Source: an uncultured Verrucomicrobiae bacterium (lineage in GTDB: Bacteria > Verrucomicrobiota > Verrucomicrobiia > Chthoniobacterales > Terrimicrobiaceae). From it: a stretch of 64,000 bases of DNA. The translations under genes and the position numbers were made by a program. How positions within the stretch are numbered: position 1 is the stretch's first letter; the number at the start of each line of letters is the position of its first letter. The DNA lies in NCBI GenBank assembly GCA_963706955.1, contig CAVPOC010000010.1:96001-160000 (forward strand), read 5' to 3'. Under the pieces are notes generated by a model that saw nothing but the letters and a program-made list of their open reading frames with translations, did not search any database and was not told the DNA's origin. Below are positions 30,038 through 39,523 of this stretch, one piece after another.

Positions 30038-32209
30038 TTATGCATGGCCGCCCGTAGAACTCTTCTTCGAGCCCTGAGAAGCCTTGGCGTCGGAACCTCC
30101 ATAAGCGTAATGATAAAAGTAATAAGCGGAATCGCGTCCGAGATGGACCCTGTTCAAGATGAAGCCGGCGAGCCTTCCTTTGGCATTCTCGAGGAGCTTC
30201 TTCGCGCGCGCGAGCGCCTTCTTCGGAGTTTTCGCTGCCCGCACGACCAAGCAAACATAATTCGCCAGGGGAGTGATGCGCAAGGTATCGCTGACCGCGT
30301 TGACGGGAGCTGAATCGATGATGACACGGTCGAATCTCTCGGTGAGGGTCTTCATCAGCTTGTCAAAACCGTCGGCACCGAGGAGCTCGCCGGGATTACT
30401 GGTCTTCCCGCCGGCACAGATCACCGAAAGATTCTCCTGCGGACCTGCCATGATAATGCGATCAATCTCCACATCTCCTGAAAGGAAATCTGCGAGGCCA
30501 GCATGTCGTCGCGCTCCTTCGGCGTCAGAAAAAATCTTGTGCACCGCGGGCATGCGCAGGTCGGCATCGACCAAGATCGTCTTTTGACCTTCGGCAGCAA
30601 ATGCCATGGCCGCATTGTAGGCACAAAAGGTCTTCCCCTCCCCGGGGATAGCGCTGGTCACCAGAAACGAACGACGATGCGCTTCGTCACCCATCAGCGA
30701 AAGCGTCGTGCGCATGCTCCGGAAAGCTTCGGCTTGCTGGCTCTGGCCGGCATCGGCGAAAACACTTGGAATTTTGTCACCACGCTGGTTGGGTAGATCT
30801 GAGACGACGGCGAGAACCGGAAGCTTAAGAAAGCTCTCGGCTTGGTCGACGTAGCGCAGGCTGCTATCGAGCATGTCCAAACCGAAGATGGTTCCGGCAC
30901 CCAGCGCGAGTCCGAGAAATAAGCCAAGGCCGAGCATTTTCAGCAACGGACGTGGAACTGGTTTGGCGGCTAACGGCTCCTGGACAATCCGAAACGGTGT
31001 TGATTCGACGCCGAGAGATACATTGGTCTCACGGAGGCGAGCATTGACGGCGTCATACATGGCGCGGTCGGAGTCGACTTCCCGCTGGAGCACATTGTAG
31101 GGGATAGCAATTTTATTAAGCTCGAGGGCGTCCTGTTCCTGCTCCTTGAGGGCTTCGTTCAATTTGGTTTCCGCATCGACCGCCGCTTGATATTGGGTAT
31201 TGAGAATCTCGCCCGCGTTCTTGAGCGTATCGTGAAGAGATGTCCTCAGCTGCTCGAGCTGAGTGGTCGCTTGGATGGTCCGGGGATGCTGCGGCAAGTA
31301 GCGCTTCGCGGTCGCCGCCAAATCCGCGTCGGCCGTGTTGACCTGGGCACGGAGAGCCTGAACCTCCGGGATCGCGCTGACACTCGGGATTTGCAGCATT
31401 TGATCGATGTCTGCGTCAGGTATCTTCCGGAGGAGATCCATATCGGACTCCAGCTTGATACGCTGGTTCCTCGCCTCACCGACTTGGACACTCAGCTCCT
31501 TAAGCTTTGCGACGGTGATGTTCTGATCCTCTTGCAGAGAGACGGCATTCTGCTCTTCCTTATACTTCTGGAGCTTTTGTTCGGAGGCCTCCAACTTTAC
31601 CTTGAGCTTCTCTGCTTCATCGCGGAGGAAATCGTTAGCGACCTGCGCCGCCGCCATCCGCTGCTCAATTGTTTGGCGCATGAATTCCTTGACCACGGTC
31701 TGCGCGATCAACTGCGCCCGTTCCGGATTGGTATCGGTCGCGGCCACATCGATGAGCCGGGTCCCTCGACGCACCGTCGCCGAGACCATCGCGCGCATGC
31801 GATCGGCAATCTCGGCATCTGAATAGGGCTCCGCGCGAGGCTCAATGAATTCAGGATCGTTCAGCAGATTGGTGGCCTTGGCGACGCGCACCAGAAACGA
31901 ATCGCCGGTCAACGTCGCCACCATGGTGGTCAAATAGTCGGCCGCCTCGAGTCGGACGGTTTCTTCCGTTTTGAGAACGCGCTGCTCCTGCTGCTCGACT
32001 TGAATGACTGCGGTCGCCACATACCTCTGGGGTTGGCGAAGCGCCAAATACGCCCCGATCGCCGCACAGATGAGGACAATGGCCAGAAAAAGCCAAATGT
32101 AGCGAAGAAGAAGATGGAGGTAATATCCGAAATCTAAGCCGGATCCGGAGTCGCTCTCGCCTCCGCCTAAAAGTTCGGAAAGTTGTTTATCAGAAGGTAA
32201 GTCGGCCAT
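30038..32209 (-). CDS. wzc: Polysaccharide co-polymerase / tyrosine autokinase
   Basis: Two TMs flanking a coiled coil; SAIPGEGKT, LVDADLR and IIDSAP; C-terminal Tyr cluster YYFYHYAY. Confidence 0.95.
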   Translation of the reverse strand: MADLPSDKQLSELLGGGESDSGSGLDFGYYLHLLLRYIWLFLAIVLICAAIGAYLALRQPQRYVATAVIQVEQQEQRVLKTEETVRLEAADYLTTMVATLTGDSFLVRVAKATNLLNDPEFIEPRAEPYSDAEIADRMRAMVSATVRRGTRLIDVAATDTNPERAQLIAQTVVKEFMRQTIEQRMAAAQVANDFLRDEAEKLKVKLEASEQKLQKYKEEQNAVSLQEDQNITVAKLKELSVQVGEARNQRIKLESDMDLLRKIPDADIDQMLQIPSVSAIPEVQALRAQVNTADADLAATAKRYLPQHPRTIQATTQLEQLRTSLHDTLKNAGEILNTQYQAAVDAETKLNEALKEQEQDALELNKIAIPYNVLQREVDSDRAMYDAVNARLRETNVSLGVESTPFRIVQEPLAAKPVPRPLLKMLGLGLFLGLALGAGTIFGLDMLDSSLRYVDQAESFLKLPVLAVVSDLPNQRGDKIPSVFADAGQSQQAEAFRSMRTTLSLMGDEAHRRSFLVTSAIPGEGKTFCAYNAAMAFAAEGQKTILVDADLRMPAVHKIFSDAEGARRHAGLADFLSGDVEIDRIIMAGPQENLSVICAGGKTSNPGELLGADGFDKLMKTLTERFDRVIIDSAPVNAVSDTLRITPLANYVCLVVRAAKTPKKALARAKKLLENAKGRLAGFILNRVHLGRDSAYYFYHYAYGGSDAKASQGSKKSSTGGHA

Positions 32210-32211
32210 GA

Positions 32212-32934
32212 TTAGAATATCGATTCTGCAACGGTGATGACGTCCCCTGGCATGATACGAAACGTCGATTCCGTCGCCGTGCGTGCCATTTGTTTGGCGT
32301 TGAAATTATAAACCTTCTCGATGCCACCCTCGTTCCGCTTCACGACGACCTTGCCGGGATTTGCGATCCGGGTATACCCGCCCGCCATGCCAATGGCCTG
32401 AAGCAAGCTGATGGATTCGTTCCCCTCGATCGGATAGGTGCCCGGCTTCTGCACCTGACCCAAGATGGTAAACAGCTTCTTGGCATAGGTTCTGACGGTA
32501 AGATTCACCTGCGGGTTGGCCAGATATCCAGCCATGTAGCGCTGCCGGAGCGTTTCGGTCGCCTGAGTGATCGTCATCCCCTCAAGATGCACCCGTCCAA
32601 TCATGGGAAATATCGCCGACCCGTCGCCGGAAACGCGAATGACCGCATCAAAGTCAGGTTCCTGGAAGATGCGAAAATCAAGAAGATCGCTCGGAGAGAG
32701 GCGGTAGTCACCTTCCACTTGCGCGGACTGCGGCGGAGGGGTGATTTGCGAAGGCGATGTGCAGCCCGCCACGAGAAGAGCCAGTCCCATTGCCGGGCAG
32801 AAAAAGATCAATCGTCTCTTGGCCAGTGCGCCAATTAGTCTGTTTAAGTACTTTTGGAACCATCCGTCTCTTGACGCGTCAGTAATTAGCATGTTTAGCC
32901 TCGATGACTTCATAGGGTAACGTTTCACGTTCAT
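32212..32934 (-). CDS. wza: Polysaccharide export OPX protein (short form)
   Basis: Lipobox LVAGC, Poly_export motif YRLSPSD...DGSAIFPMIG, and a single SLBB domain (GQVQKPG...AGG) ending PGDVITVAESIF. The true start may be downstream of 32934. Confidence 0.92.
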   Translation of the reverse strand: MNVKRYPMKSSRLNMLITDASRDGWFQKYLNRLIGALAKRRLIFFCPAMGLALLVAGCTSPSQITPPPQSAQVEGDYRLSPSDLLDFRIFQEPDFDAVIRVSGDGSAIFPMIGRVHLEGMTITQATETLRQRYMAGYLANPQVNLTVRTYAKKLFTILGQVQKPGTYPIEGNESISLLQAIGMAGGYTRIANPGKVVVKRNEGGIEKVYNFNAKQMARTATESTFRIMPGDVITVAESIF

Positions 32935-32952
32935 TGTACAGCCGTAACGAAA

Positions 32953-34359
32953 TTAGAATCTCGTCAGGAATTCCAAGCCGGCTCTATTATTAGTAAAGCT
33001 GCTGCTCTCCTGCGTGCTCACCGTCTCTCGATACTCATACCAGATGCTGACAGAGAACCAGTCCACGAACGCATAGGTCAACCGTGGACGCACGTAAACA
33101 TAGTTGTCCACACGATTCGTGGGCGTCTCCACGGTAGTTCCGAAGTATTCATCATTTTCGTAGCCAAAACTCACGGCTGCAACAAGTTTCTGAAAGAATT
33201 GTTGCGAGAGATTGAGTTCAAAGCCGGTAGCAAAATAGTCTTGTCCGGCGACGTCGCTGGAACCGACAACATTTCGGAAGCCGACCAGGTTGATGGAGGT
33301 TGCCGGGAAGGGCTGGTAGGTGAGGCCGAGATTAAAAACGGGATCGATCTTAACCTCGTCGGATCCCTCAAATTCGAGAAATTGCACGCCACCGCTGAAC
33401 GCAAAGCTCAGTTTGCCGGTCGGATTATAATAAACTTGCATAAGCAGCTGCTGGAGGTACTGCAGCGGCGTATCTGAGGAATTAATCAGGCCGGCGACAC
33501 CCTGGAAGCCAACACGCGTCTTTGGCAAAAGCTGATAATCCATGCCCGCTCGCGCTTGATATTGGCTGGTCGTCTGAAAATCTTCCGTAATCGACGTCGA
33601 TTGAGTGAAGGTCAAATTGAAGGCGGTCTTCTGACTATAGTCATAGACGAAGGCGAGCGAATTCCAGAAAGTCTGTGTCGTCGTGATGGTGTTAACATCG
33701 CGGCTCGAACCCGTAATTTGGCTATAGGAGCTATCCAGTTTGATGACGAGTTTGGCAATGCGGTATTGAAGCGTGAGAGCGATGTACTGATTGAAGCCGC
33801 TCTGGTCAGTATTCTTGGTGTAGATGACCGGCATGCCGACCCACTGAAAACTAAGATAGTTCTCCTTTTTCTCGCGAAAATCGCCCAGTTCGTAAATCAA
33901 CCCTATCGATGGTGTCCAAATCACATCAGACACTCGATCGGTGTTGGTGAGAAAGATGTTGTCGTCATACATCACCTCGGCGGTGAAGAGTGGCGTGATC
34001 CGCCACCTCTTCTGGCTGACGTCCGCGGGAAGCAAAGCGGCTTGCCCGGCTTGTTCGGCTTGCTCGGCTTCGAAGGCCTCATCCTCGAGCGGCTGCCGGT
34101 CTGGCTGCAGCATTGTGTCGGTTTCCGGGCCCGGGCCCGGCCGGAGGGGGGTCAAAGTCCGATCTTCCCGCTGCCGTTCGTCATCCGGGGTTGGCGCGAG
34201 AACCTCTGCCGGTCGCAGCTGGTCGGAGGGCGTAGGACTTGGAGTCGGAGCAGGAGCTGTGGCCGGTGGAAGAGCAACTGGCGTCTGTGCCAAAGCAGCT
34301 ACCAGAACAATCGTCCAGGCTCCAATGAGTAAGACAATGCGTCCGATCATCGAACGCAT
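32953..34359 (-). CDS. Outer-membrane beta-barrel protein of the EPS export system
   Basis: Signal peptide, Pro-rich linker, YDDNI motif, alternating amphipathic strands and terminal Phe (LEFLTRF). First gene of the operon, directly upstream of wza. Confidence 0.85.
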   Translation of the reverse strand: MRSMIGRIVLLIGAWTIVLVAALAQTPVALPPATAPAPTPSPTPSDQLRPAEVLAPTPDDERQREDRTLTPLRPGPGPETDTMLQPDRQPLEDEAFEAEQAEQAGQAALLPADVSQKRWRITPLFTAEVMYDDNIFLTNTDRVSDVIWTPSIGLIYELGDFREKKENYLSFQWVGMPVIYTKNTDQSGFNQYIALTLQYRIAKLVIKLDSSYSQITGSSRDVNTITTTQTFWNSLAFVYDYSQKTAFNLTFTQSTSITEDFQTTSQYQARAGMDYQLLPKTRVGFQGVAGLINSSDTPLQYLQQLLMQVYYNPTGKLSFAFSGGVQFLEFEGSDEVKIDPVFNLGLTYQPFPATSINLVGFRNVVGSSDVAGQDYFATGFELNLSQQFFQKLVAAVSFGYENDEYFGTTVETPTNRVDNYVYVRPRLTYAFVDWFSVSIWYEYRETVSTQESSSFTNNRAGLEFLTRF

Positions 34360-34970
34360 TCCCTTCGCCTCGCGACTGTGGGACCTCCGGCGATTTCGGC
34401 GTTTTAAACGATTTCGGTCGACGAGGTGCCCGGGCGATTGTCGACCGCATCCGTGTATCTAGGCAATTTTCACGCCCTAATGCAACAGAAAAGCTCCTCG
34501 GACGGACAAAAGCAAACTTCTGTAAAAGGTTCATCAAAAGGCTCTTTCTAGGAGTCGAGCTTGTCAGGACGTCTCCCTGATCTCTGGATAGGTAAGATCC
34601 CGATCCAAAGTTTGCATCTTTTTGGCCGCAGACTGCATCTGCTGATATGAACAACGCTAATGTCGGTGTGGGCGAAATATTCTGTGCTTTGGTTTTATGA
34701 TTGTTGCCCAGACAAGCACATAGTGGGCCAGCACTGCTCCCCATCACGCCGCAAGCAAAGGTGCTAATGTCTAGCACCCTCGGAAGGGATTACGCTTTCC
34801 GCGAACCTTCGAAGAGCTCCGCGGGCTTGCGCTGGGCGATCACCTATACCGGCAGGCGATTTTGCGGTCGAGCGGTGGGCGCTGGTTGATTTATTTTGAT
34901 TTTGGGTAATCGCTCCCGAGGGTGCTTCCGGCTTGCACAGTTGCTGAGGAGAAGCAAGGTTACGCCAGTA

Positions 34971-36587
34971 ATGCGTTGGTTCCTTTTCCTCATTGTCGCC
35001 GCGCACACCTCGTGCGCGCTGGACGTTAGGTCCCTCGACCAGATCCCGATCCAGGAAGCCGGCCGCAAGAAACCATTTTTGGTGTTTGCGCAGGAGTCGC
35101 TTCTAGGGCTCTCGGGCAAGACCTCTTTGACAATCGATGGAACGAAGATGGATGCCCGGCAAGTGATCGCATCTCTTTGGCTGGCCCCGCAGGGGTGGGA
35201 TCAGAAGCCCATCATTCTAGTCAACCACAAGCCTCTCAAGGAGGCAACGGAGCTGGACACTTCGCGGAAGCTCTTTTCCTATCGTGAGCTCGCGGCCAAC
35301 GAAAAACTGGTGAAGTTGCTTGACGAGGCCCAGGCGTTGCGAGCGCGTCCCGGTAATCCGAAGCCAACGGGATTGCTGAAGGAGGCGGCTGATGTTGGAT
35401 TTCGAATGGCCGAGTTCGAATCGCTTGTTGGTGGCTCGGCCTTTCGCTTCATCGCAAACCCGCGCGCCGCTGATGCGCAGTGGCTCCCGGCTCTCGGGAC
35501 TGACGAGGACGTCCGGGCTCTGCGCCAGGCTTTCATTGCCGGCGACGATGGCACCTTTGCCCGGGAAACTGAAGCCTTGCGGGTGAAATGGGCCGCGATC
35601 GAGCCAAATTTTCAACCGCCGGCTTGGAAGATCCAGCTCGAGACCCTTTATCAGAAGGCCCATCCGTTTCGATGGGCCTGGATTTGCTATGCGGCTGCTG
35701 GCATTGTCTTGCTAGTTTCGGGGCTTCGTGCCGGCGGCTATGCCGCGGCGTGGGTCCTGGCGGGAAGTGGATTTCTGCTGCAGGCAGCGGGCTTTGCCGC
35801 TCGCATCGCCATTGGTGGACGCCCGCCCGTCACGAATATGTACGAGTCGGTCGTCTGGGTGGCATTCGGCACGATTCTTTTTGCGCTGATTTTTGAAGCG
35901 ATCTATCGCAGCCGCTATTTCCTGCTTGGGGCTGTGCCCGTGGCAGTGATCTCGCTGGTCCTGGCCGACACGCAGACCCTCGCCCTTGATCGGTCTATCA
36001 ATCCTCTTGTTCCCGTTCTGCGCGATAATTTCTGGCTGACGACCCATGTCCTCAGCATCACGCTAAGTTATGCGGCGTTTGCGCTCGCGCTGGGAATCGG
36101 CCACATCGCGTTGATCAAGGTGATCAAGGGAACAACCCCTGAGTCCTCTTTGTACAATTATCTCTATCGAACATTGCAGGTTGGCGTCCTCTTGCTGGCA
36201 ACCGGCACCATCCTAGGTGGTGTGTGGGCGAACTATTCCTGGGGGAGATTTTGGGATTGGGATCCCAAGGAAACCTGGGCGTTGATTACGCTCCTCGGCT
36301 ATCTGATCGTTCTCCACGGACGGATTGCCGGCAAATGGGCCGGCTTTGGGATGGCTGTCGGCTCGGTGGTGGCCTTCCAAGGCGTGCTCATGGCCTGGTA
36401 CGGTGTCAACTTCGTTCTCGGGGTCGGATTGCACAGCTACGGTTTCGGAACCGGAGGTTTCGGTTGGGCGCTGCTCTTCGTCGCGACGGAGATCACCTTT
36501 GTAATACTCGCCGCCATTCGACGGGCACAGACCGCGGACCGTTCTCGGAAGACAGCGGCTCTTTCAAAACCCCAGCTTGTCTCGTAA
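34971..36587 (+). CDS. ccsA: Cytochrome c biogenesis protein CcsA/ResC (System II) with an N-terminal periplasmic domain
   Basis: PVTNMYES, PVLRDNFWLTTHV, WWD motif WANYSWGRFWDWDPKETW and GLHSY. ATG chosen at 34971. Confidence 0.93.
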   Translation: MRWFLFLIVAAHTSCALDVRSLDQIPIQEAGRKKPFLVFAQESLLGLSGKTSLTIDGTKMDARQVIASLWLAPQGWDQKPIILVNHKPLKEATELDTSRKLFSYRELAANEKLVKLLDEAQALRARPGNPKPTGLLKEAADVGFRMAEFESLVGGSAFRFIANPRAADAQWLPALGTDEDVRALRQAFIAGDDGTFARETEALRVKWAAIEPNFQPPAWKIQLETLYQKAHPFRWAWICYAAAGIVLLVSGLRAGGYAAAWVLAGSGFLLQAAGFAARIAIGGRPPVTNMYESVVWVAFGTILFALIFEAIYRSRYFLLGAVPVAVISLVLADTQTLALDRSINPLVPVLRDNFWLTTHVLSITLSYAAFALALGIGHIALIKVIKGTTPESSLYNYLYRTLQVGVLLLATGTILGGVWANYSWGRFWDWDPKETWALITLLGYLIVLHGRIAGKWAGFGMAVGSVVAFQGVLMAWYGVNFVLGVGLHSYGFGTGGFGWALLFVATEITFVILAAIRRAQTADRSRKTAALSKPQLVS

Positions 36588-36672
36588 CATTCGGCATCCT
36601 CCGAAGCTCGCAACTAAAGAGACGAGAAACAGTGCTCGAATAGCGAGCTAGCGTTCCCCGAGCAAAAACAAT

Positions 36673-36736
36673 TGTGGCGGCGCTGTCCCCAGCGCCGGAG
36701 CGTCCAACCCCCAACGCCCGGGACGTCGTCGCTACG
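36673..36736. repeat. GTAG-type REP doublet (second half degenerate)
   Basis: TGTGG-CGGCGCTG-TCCC-CAGCGCCG matches the reverse complement of 40022-40046 at 24/25 positions; ends ...CGTCGCTACG. Between convergent ccsA and larE. Confidence 0.7.
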
Positions 36737-36916
36737 ACTGGTGTGCTACGTGTCCCCTACGATGGATTCGTCGGCTATACAGTTTCCTCTACTGCGGTAG
36801 CAGATGCGTGCCAACGATCAGCCGGTGGGCGAGGCGAGTTGAAGCGACTGCGGCAGCCAGATTTTAGGTCTTGTCGAGAGTCGCCTGCGGCAGGCACCTC
36901 GACCTCGTCTTAAGGT

Positions 36917-37699
36917 TCAGAGCGAGAGGCCGCGATAGCCCTGAGGATCGATTTCGATAGAATCGAAACCCTCCTCTCGCAGAGCCTGAAAGAGCCGTGC
37001 GCCGACCTCGGCGAGGGAGGGCATCTCATCGGGCGCCACTTGGACTCGTGCACCGGAAGGCGGCAAATAACGAACGCGAAAAATTTGGAAGCCCAGCGAG
37101 CGCATCGCCGCCTCCCCGCGTTCGACCAGTGAGAGGGCCTCGGAGGTGACCGGAGTGCCGTGCGGGATGCGCGATGACAAACATGGTTGCGCCGGTAAGT
37201 CGGCAGTCGGCAGACCATAGATCCTCGAAAGATGTCGAACGTCGTCTTTCGTCAAACCAGCCTGCTTGAGTGGCGCCAAGACGGCGAATTCCGCGGCGGC
37301 GCGCGACCCGGGCCGCAAGTCCGCCGGATCGTCGGCATTTTCCCCATAGGCGATTGCGGCAAATCGGCGTTTCACCGCGAGTTCATTCATCCTCGAAAAG
37401 AGCTCCGCCTTGCAAAAGTAACAGCGGTTCGGAGGGTTGTTGACATACAAGGGATTTTCAAGCTCACGGGTGGCGATGACTTCAACACTCACCTTAAGGA
37501 TTTTTGCCACGCTAAGCGCAGAGGCAAGGGCCTTTCGCGGAAGACTCGGGCTATCGGCGATCACTCCCAGAACCTTCTTTCCAAGAGTCCGATGCGCCAC
37601 CGCCAGAAGGCAGGTGCTATCGACGCCTCCAGAATAGGCTACCAAGAGGGGCGCGTGAGCGCGCAGTAGGGATCGCAGCCGATCAAGTTTCTCGGTCAT
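36917..37699 (-). CDS. larE: ATP-dependent sulfur transferase LarE
   Basis: PP-loop AYSGGVDS, NRCYFCK, GENADD...RPG and PCLSSRIPHG. Confidence 0.93.
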   Translation of the reverse strand: MTEKLDRLRSLLRAHAPLLVAYSGGVDSTCLLAVAHRTLGKKVLGVIADSPSLPRKALASALSVAKILKVSVEVIATRELENPLYVNNPPNRCYFCKAELFSRMNELAVKRRFAAIAYGENADDPADLRPGSRAAAEFAVLAPLKQAGLTKDDVRHLSRIYGLPTADLPAQPCLSSRIPHGTPVTSEALSLVERGEAAMRSLGFQIFRVRYLPPSGARVQVAPDEMPSLAEVGARLFQALREEGFDSIEIDPQGYRGLSL

Positions 37700-37721
37700 T
37701 TGAGGCGCCGTCGTCGTGGCC

Positions 37722-38549
37722 TTACAAATTCAAGCGTGCGAAGAGCAAATCAAGCGGCATCTGCAGCCCGACGAAAAACTCGCCGAACTCGGCGTAGTGC
37801 GCACTGACTTCGTCGAACCGCATCTCGTAAACGATTGCCTTAATCTCCGAAGTCGTCCGAGCAAACAGCGTAACTCCCCATTCCATATCATCAAGGCCAG
37901 TCGAACCAGTGATCAATTGGAGCACGCGGCCGGAATACTGGCGTCCAACGCGTGCATGACCTCCCATTAGCTTTTTGCGAGAGTCAAAATCCAAAGCGTA
38001 CCAGTTCTGTCCGGCTCCGCCACGGCGCTTGGACATTGGATAGAAACAAACGACGGGCCAATCGGGAAGGTTCGGCTCGAGCCTGTCCTTCAGGTACTTG
38101 GTCATTCGCGTGCGAAACGCCTCCATCTTTTCCTTTGCCGCGGGCGATTCGGGGGAGACGTTCTCCTCTCTTTCGAGCTGTTGCGCGTACTCGCTCTCGC
38201 TCATGATATACTCACTGCGTTCTGTCATCGAAAACCAGGAGAATTCGGGCATGAGAATGCCGGGGCCAAGCGCGAGCGCCAGCTGCTTAGCATAGGCGTC
38301 GGCAATATGCAGATCACTGGTTAGCAGCATGAATCCGAGATCGGCCTTCGGCGACACAATGCTAAAGGTGAGCAGCTGCGTTGCTGGAGTAGCCCGAATT
38401 TCCTGGACCAACGATGCCAGCGCCGTTTTCGCCGCGATTCGGTGGCTGCCCTCCAACAAATCCCATGCCGCGTAGTCTACACGGAAAAAGAGGTGCAGCA
38501 CGTGGCGGCCTTCGACCGGAAGGAGGGGATCGAGTGAGGGTATTTCCAT
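37722..38549 (-). CDS. chdC: Coproheme decarboxylase (HemQ/ChdC; chlorite-dismutase superfamily)
   Basis: FYPMSKRR...NWY..L...R..LM..H..VGR.Y...V.Q.ITGS.GLDD.EWGVTL...VYEMRFDEVSA.YAEFG.F.VG. The YPMxK motif is typical of ChdC. Confidence 0.85.
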   Translation of the reverse strand: MEIPSLDPLLPVEGRHVLHLFFRVDYAAWDLLEGSHRIAAKTALASLVQEIRATPATQLLTFSIVSPKADLGFMLLTSDLHIADAYAKQLALALGPGILMPEFSWFSMTERSEYIMSESEYAQQLEREENVSPESPAAKEKMEAFRTRMTKYLKDRLEPNLPDWPVVCFYPMSKRRGGAGQNWYALDFDSRKKLMGGHARVGRQYSGRVLQLITGSTGLDDMEWGVTLFARTTSEIKAIVYEMRFDEVSAHYAEFGEFFVGLQMPLDLLFARLNL

Positions 38550-38790
38550 GTGAAGTCAATCTGGCCGCGAGTATGATCGCTCTGGTTTCCGAAGACAAAA
38601 TCTCCTCCGGCGGCCTCCCGCAAGGCATTATATTTCGGCCTACCAAGCAAAACTCCAGCTCCGAGCGGATTCACCCCATAGGTCATTGACCAAGTTGGCC
38701 AGACGTGACCAAGATTGGTCCGCTCGGCGGGCGCATTCTGCACAGCCGGCTGGGGAGGCCGCCTTCGACTCGGCAGAGGGTAAAAAACGA

Positions 38791-38833
38791 TTGCAATCCG
38801 CACCTGGGACCGTAGTTTGCGGCGACGGAGGAG
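38791..38833 (+). promoter_or_regulatory. Putative sigma70 promoter and RBS of the ferredoxin gene
   Basis: TTGCAA-N16-TAGTTT followed by GGAGGAG upstream of ATG 38843. Confidence 0.4.
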
Positions 38834-38842
38834 AAGATACCT

Positions 38843-39076
38843 ATGGCGGATCTAGCAAACAAATACGCGGAAAATGTCACCGGCAAATACTTCGTGGATG
38901 ATCAATGCATCGATTGCGATCTTTGCCGGGAAACTGCGCCTGCAAATTTCAAGCGCAATGATGACGGCGGCCACAGCTACGTCTACAAGCAACCAGAAAC
39001 TCCCGAGGAGGAAGCTCTCTGCAAGGAGGCGCAAGAAGGCTGCCCTGTGGAAGCTATCGGAGACGACGGCGAGTAG
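38843..39076 (+). CDS. Single-cluster [4Fe-4S] ferredoxin
   Basis: CIDCDLC...CPVEAIG; acidic 77-aa protein with a strong RBS. Confidence 0.95.
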   Translation: MADLANKYAENVTGKYFVDDQCIDCDLCRETAPANFKRNDDGGHSYVYKQPETPEEEALCKEAQEGCPVEAIGDDGE

Positions 39077-39104
39077 CCCCTCGGTTTACCAGATCCCTCT
39101 CTCC

Positions 39105-39132
39105 AGGCCTCCGCAACCACGGGGGCCTTTTT
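39105..39132 (+). terminator. Intrinsic terminator after ferredoxin
   Basis: AGGCCTCCG-CAACCA-CGGGGGCCT hairpin followed by a T-run. Confidence 0.75.
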
Positions 39133-39136
39133 GTTG

Positions 39137-39496
39137 ATGCGCATCGAGGAAATTCGCAGACGAGTGCTCGAGGAATGGCGGGGACTGCCCGAAAAGCCGA
39201 TCCCTCGGGAGCGGTGCAGCCATGCCTCCGACGCTTTGAAGAAACTCCTTCGCAAGCTTGGACTTTCCGAGCGGCTGAATGAACAAGAGATCCGTTCTGC
39301 GTGGCGCGACATTGTGGGCGACTTCCTGGCCGCACACTCTATGCCGATCTCGATCCGTGAAGGCGTTTTGACCGTGCAGGTCATCCAGCCGGCGGTGCGG
39401 TACGAACTCGACCGCTCGTGGAAACGCGACATCGTGCGGAAACTGCAGGCGCGTTTTGGCGCAAAGGTCGTGCGCGAGGTGTGCTTCCGCGGCTAG
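39137..39496 (+). CDS. DUF721 / DciA family protein
   Basis: L..LGL..RL....IRSAWRDIVG..LAAHS.P..IREGVLTV pattern. Confidence 0.8.
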   Translation: MRIEEIRRRVLEEWRGLPEKPIPRERCSHASDALKKLLRKLGLSERLNEQEIRSAWRDIVGDFLAAHSMPISIREGVLTVQVIQPAVRYELDRSWKRDIVRKLQARFGAKVVREVCFRG

Positions 39497-39523
39497 AATA
39501 GATCCCGCCGAGTTGTTCCCGAT

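Noticed and set aside
701..33477. Numerous long antisense and alternate-frame ORFs (e.g. 701-1678, 26197-26817, 31187-31822)
   Set aside because: They are shadows of well-supported genes in GC-rich DNA and show no motifs.
37722..38549. Chlorite dismutase
   Set aside because: The YPMSK motif, a Gln at the apparent distal position (VLQLITGS) and the lack of a signal peptide fit ChdC/HemQ better.
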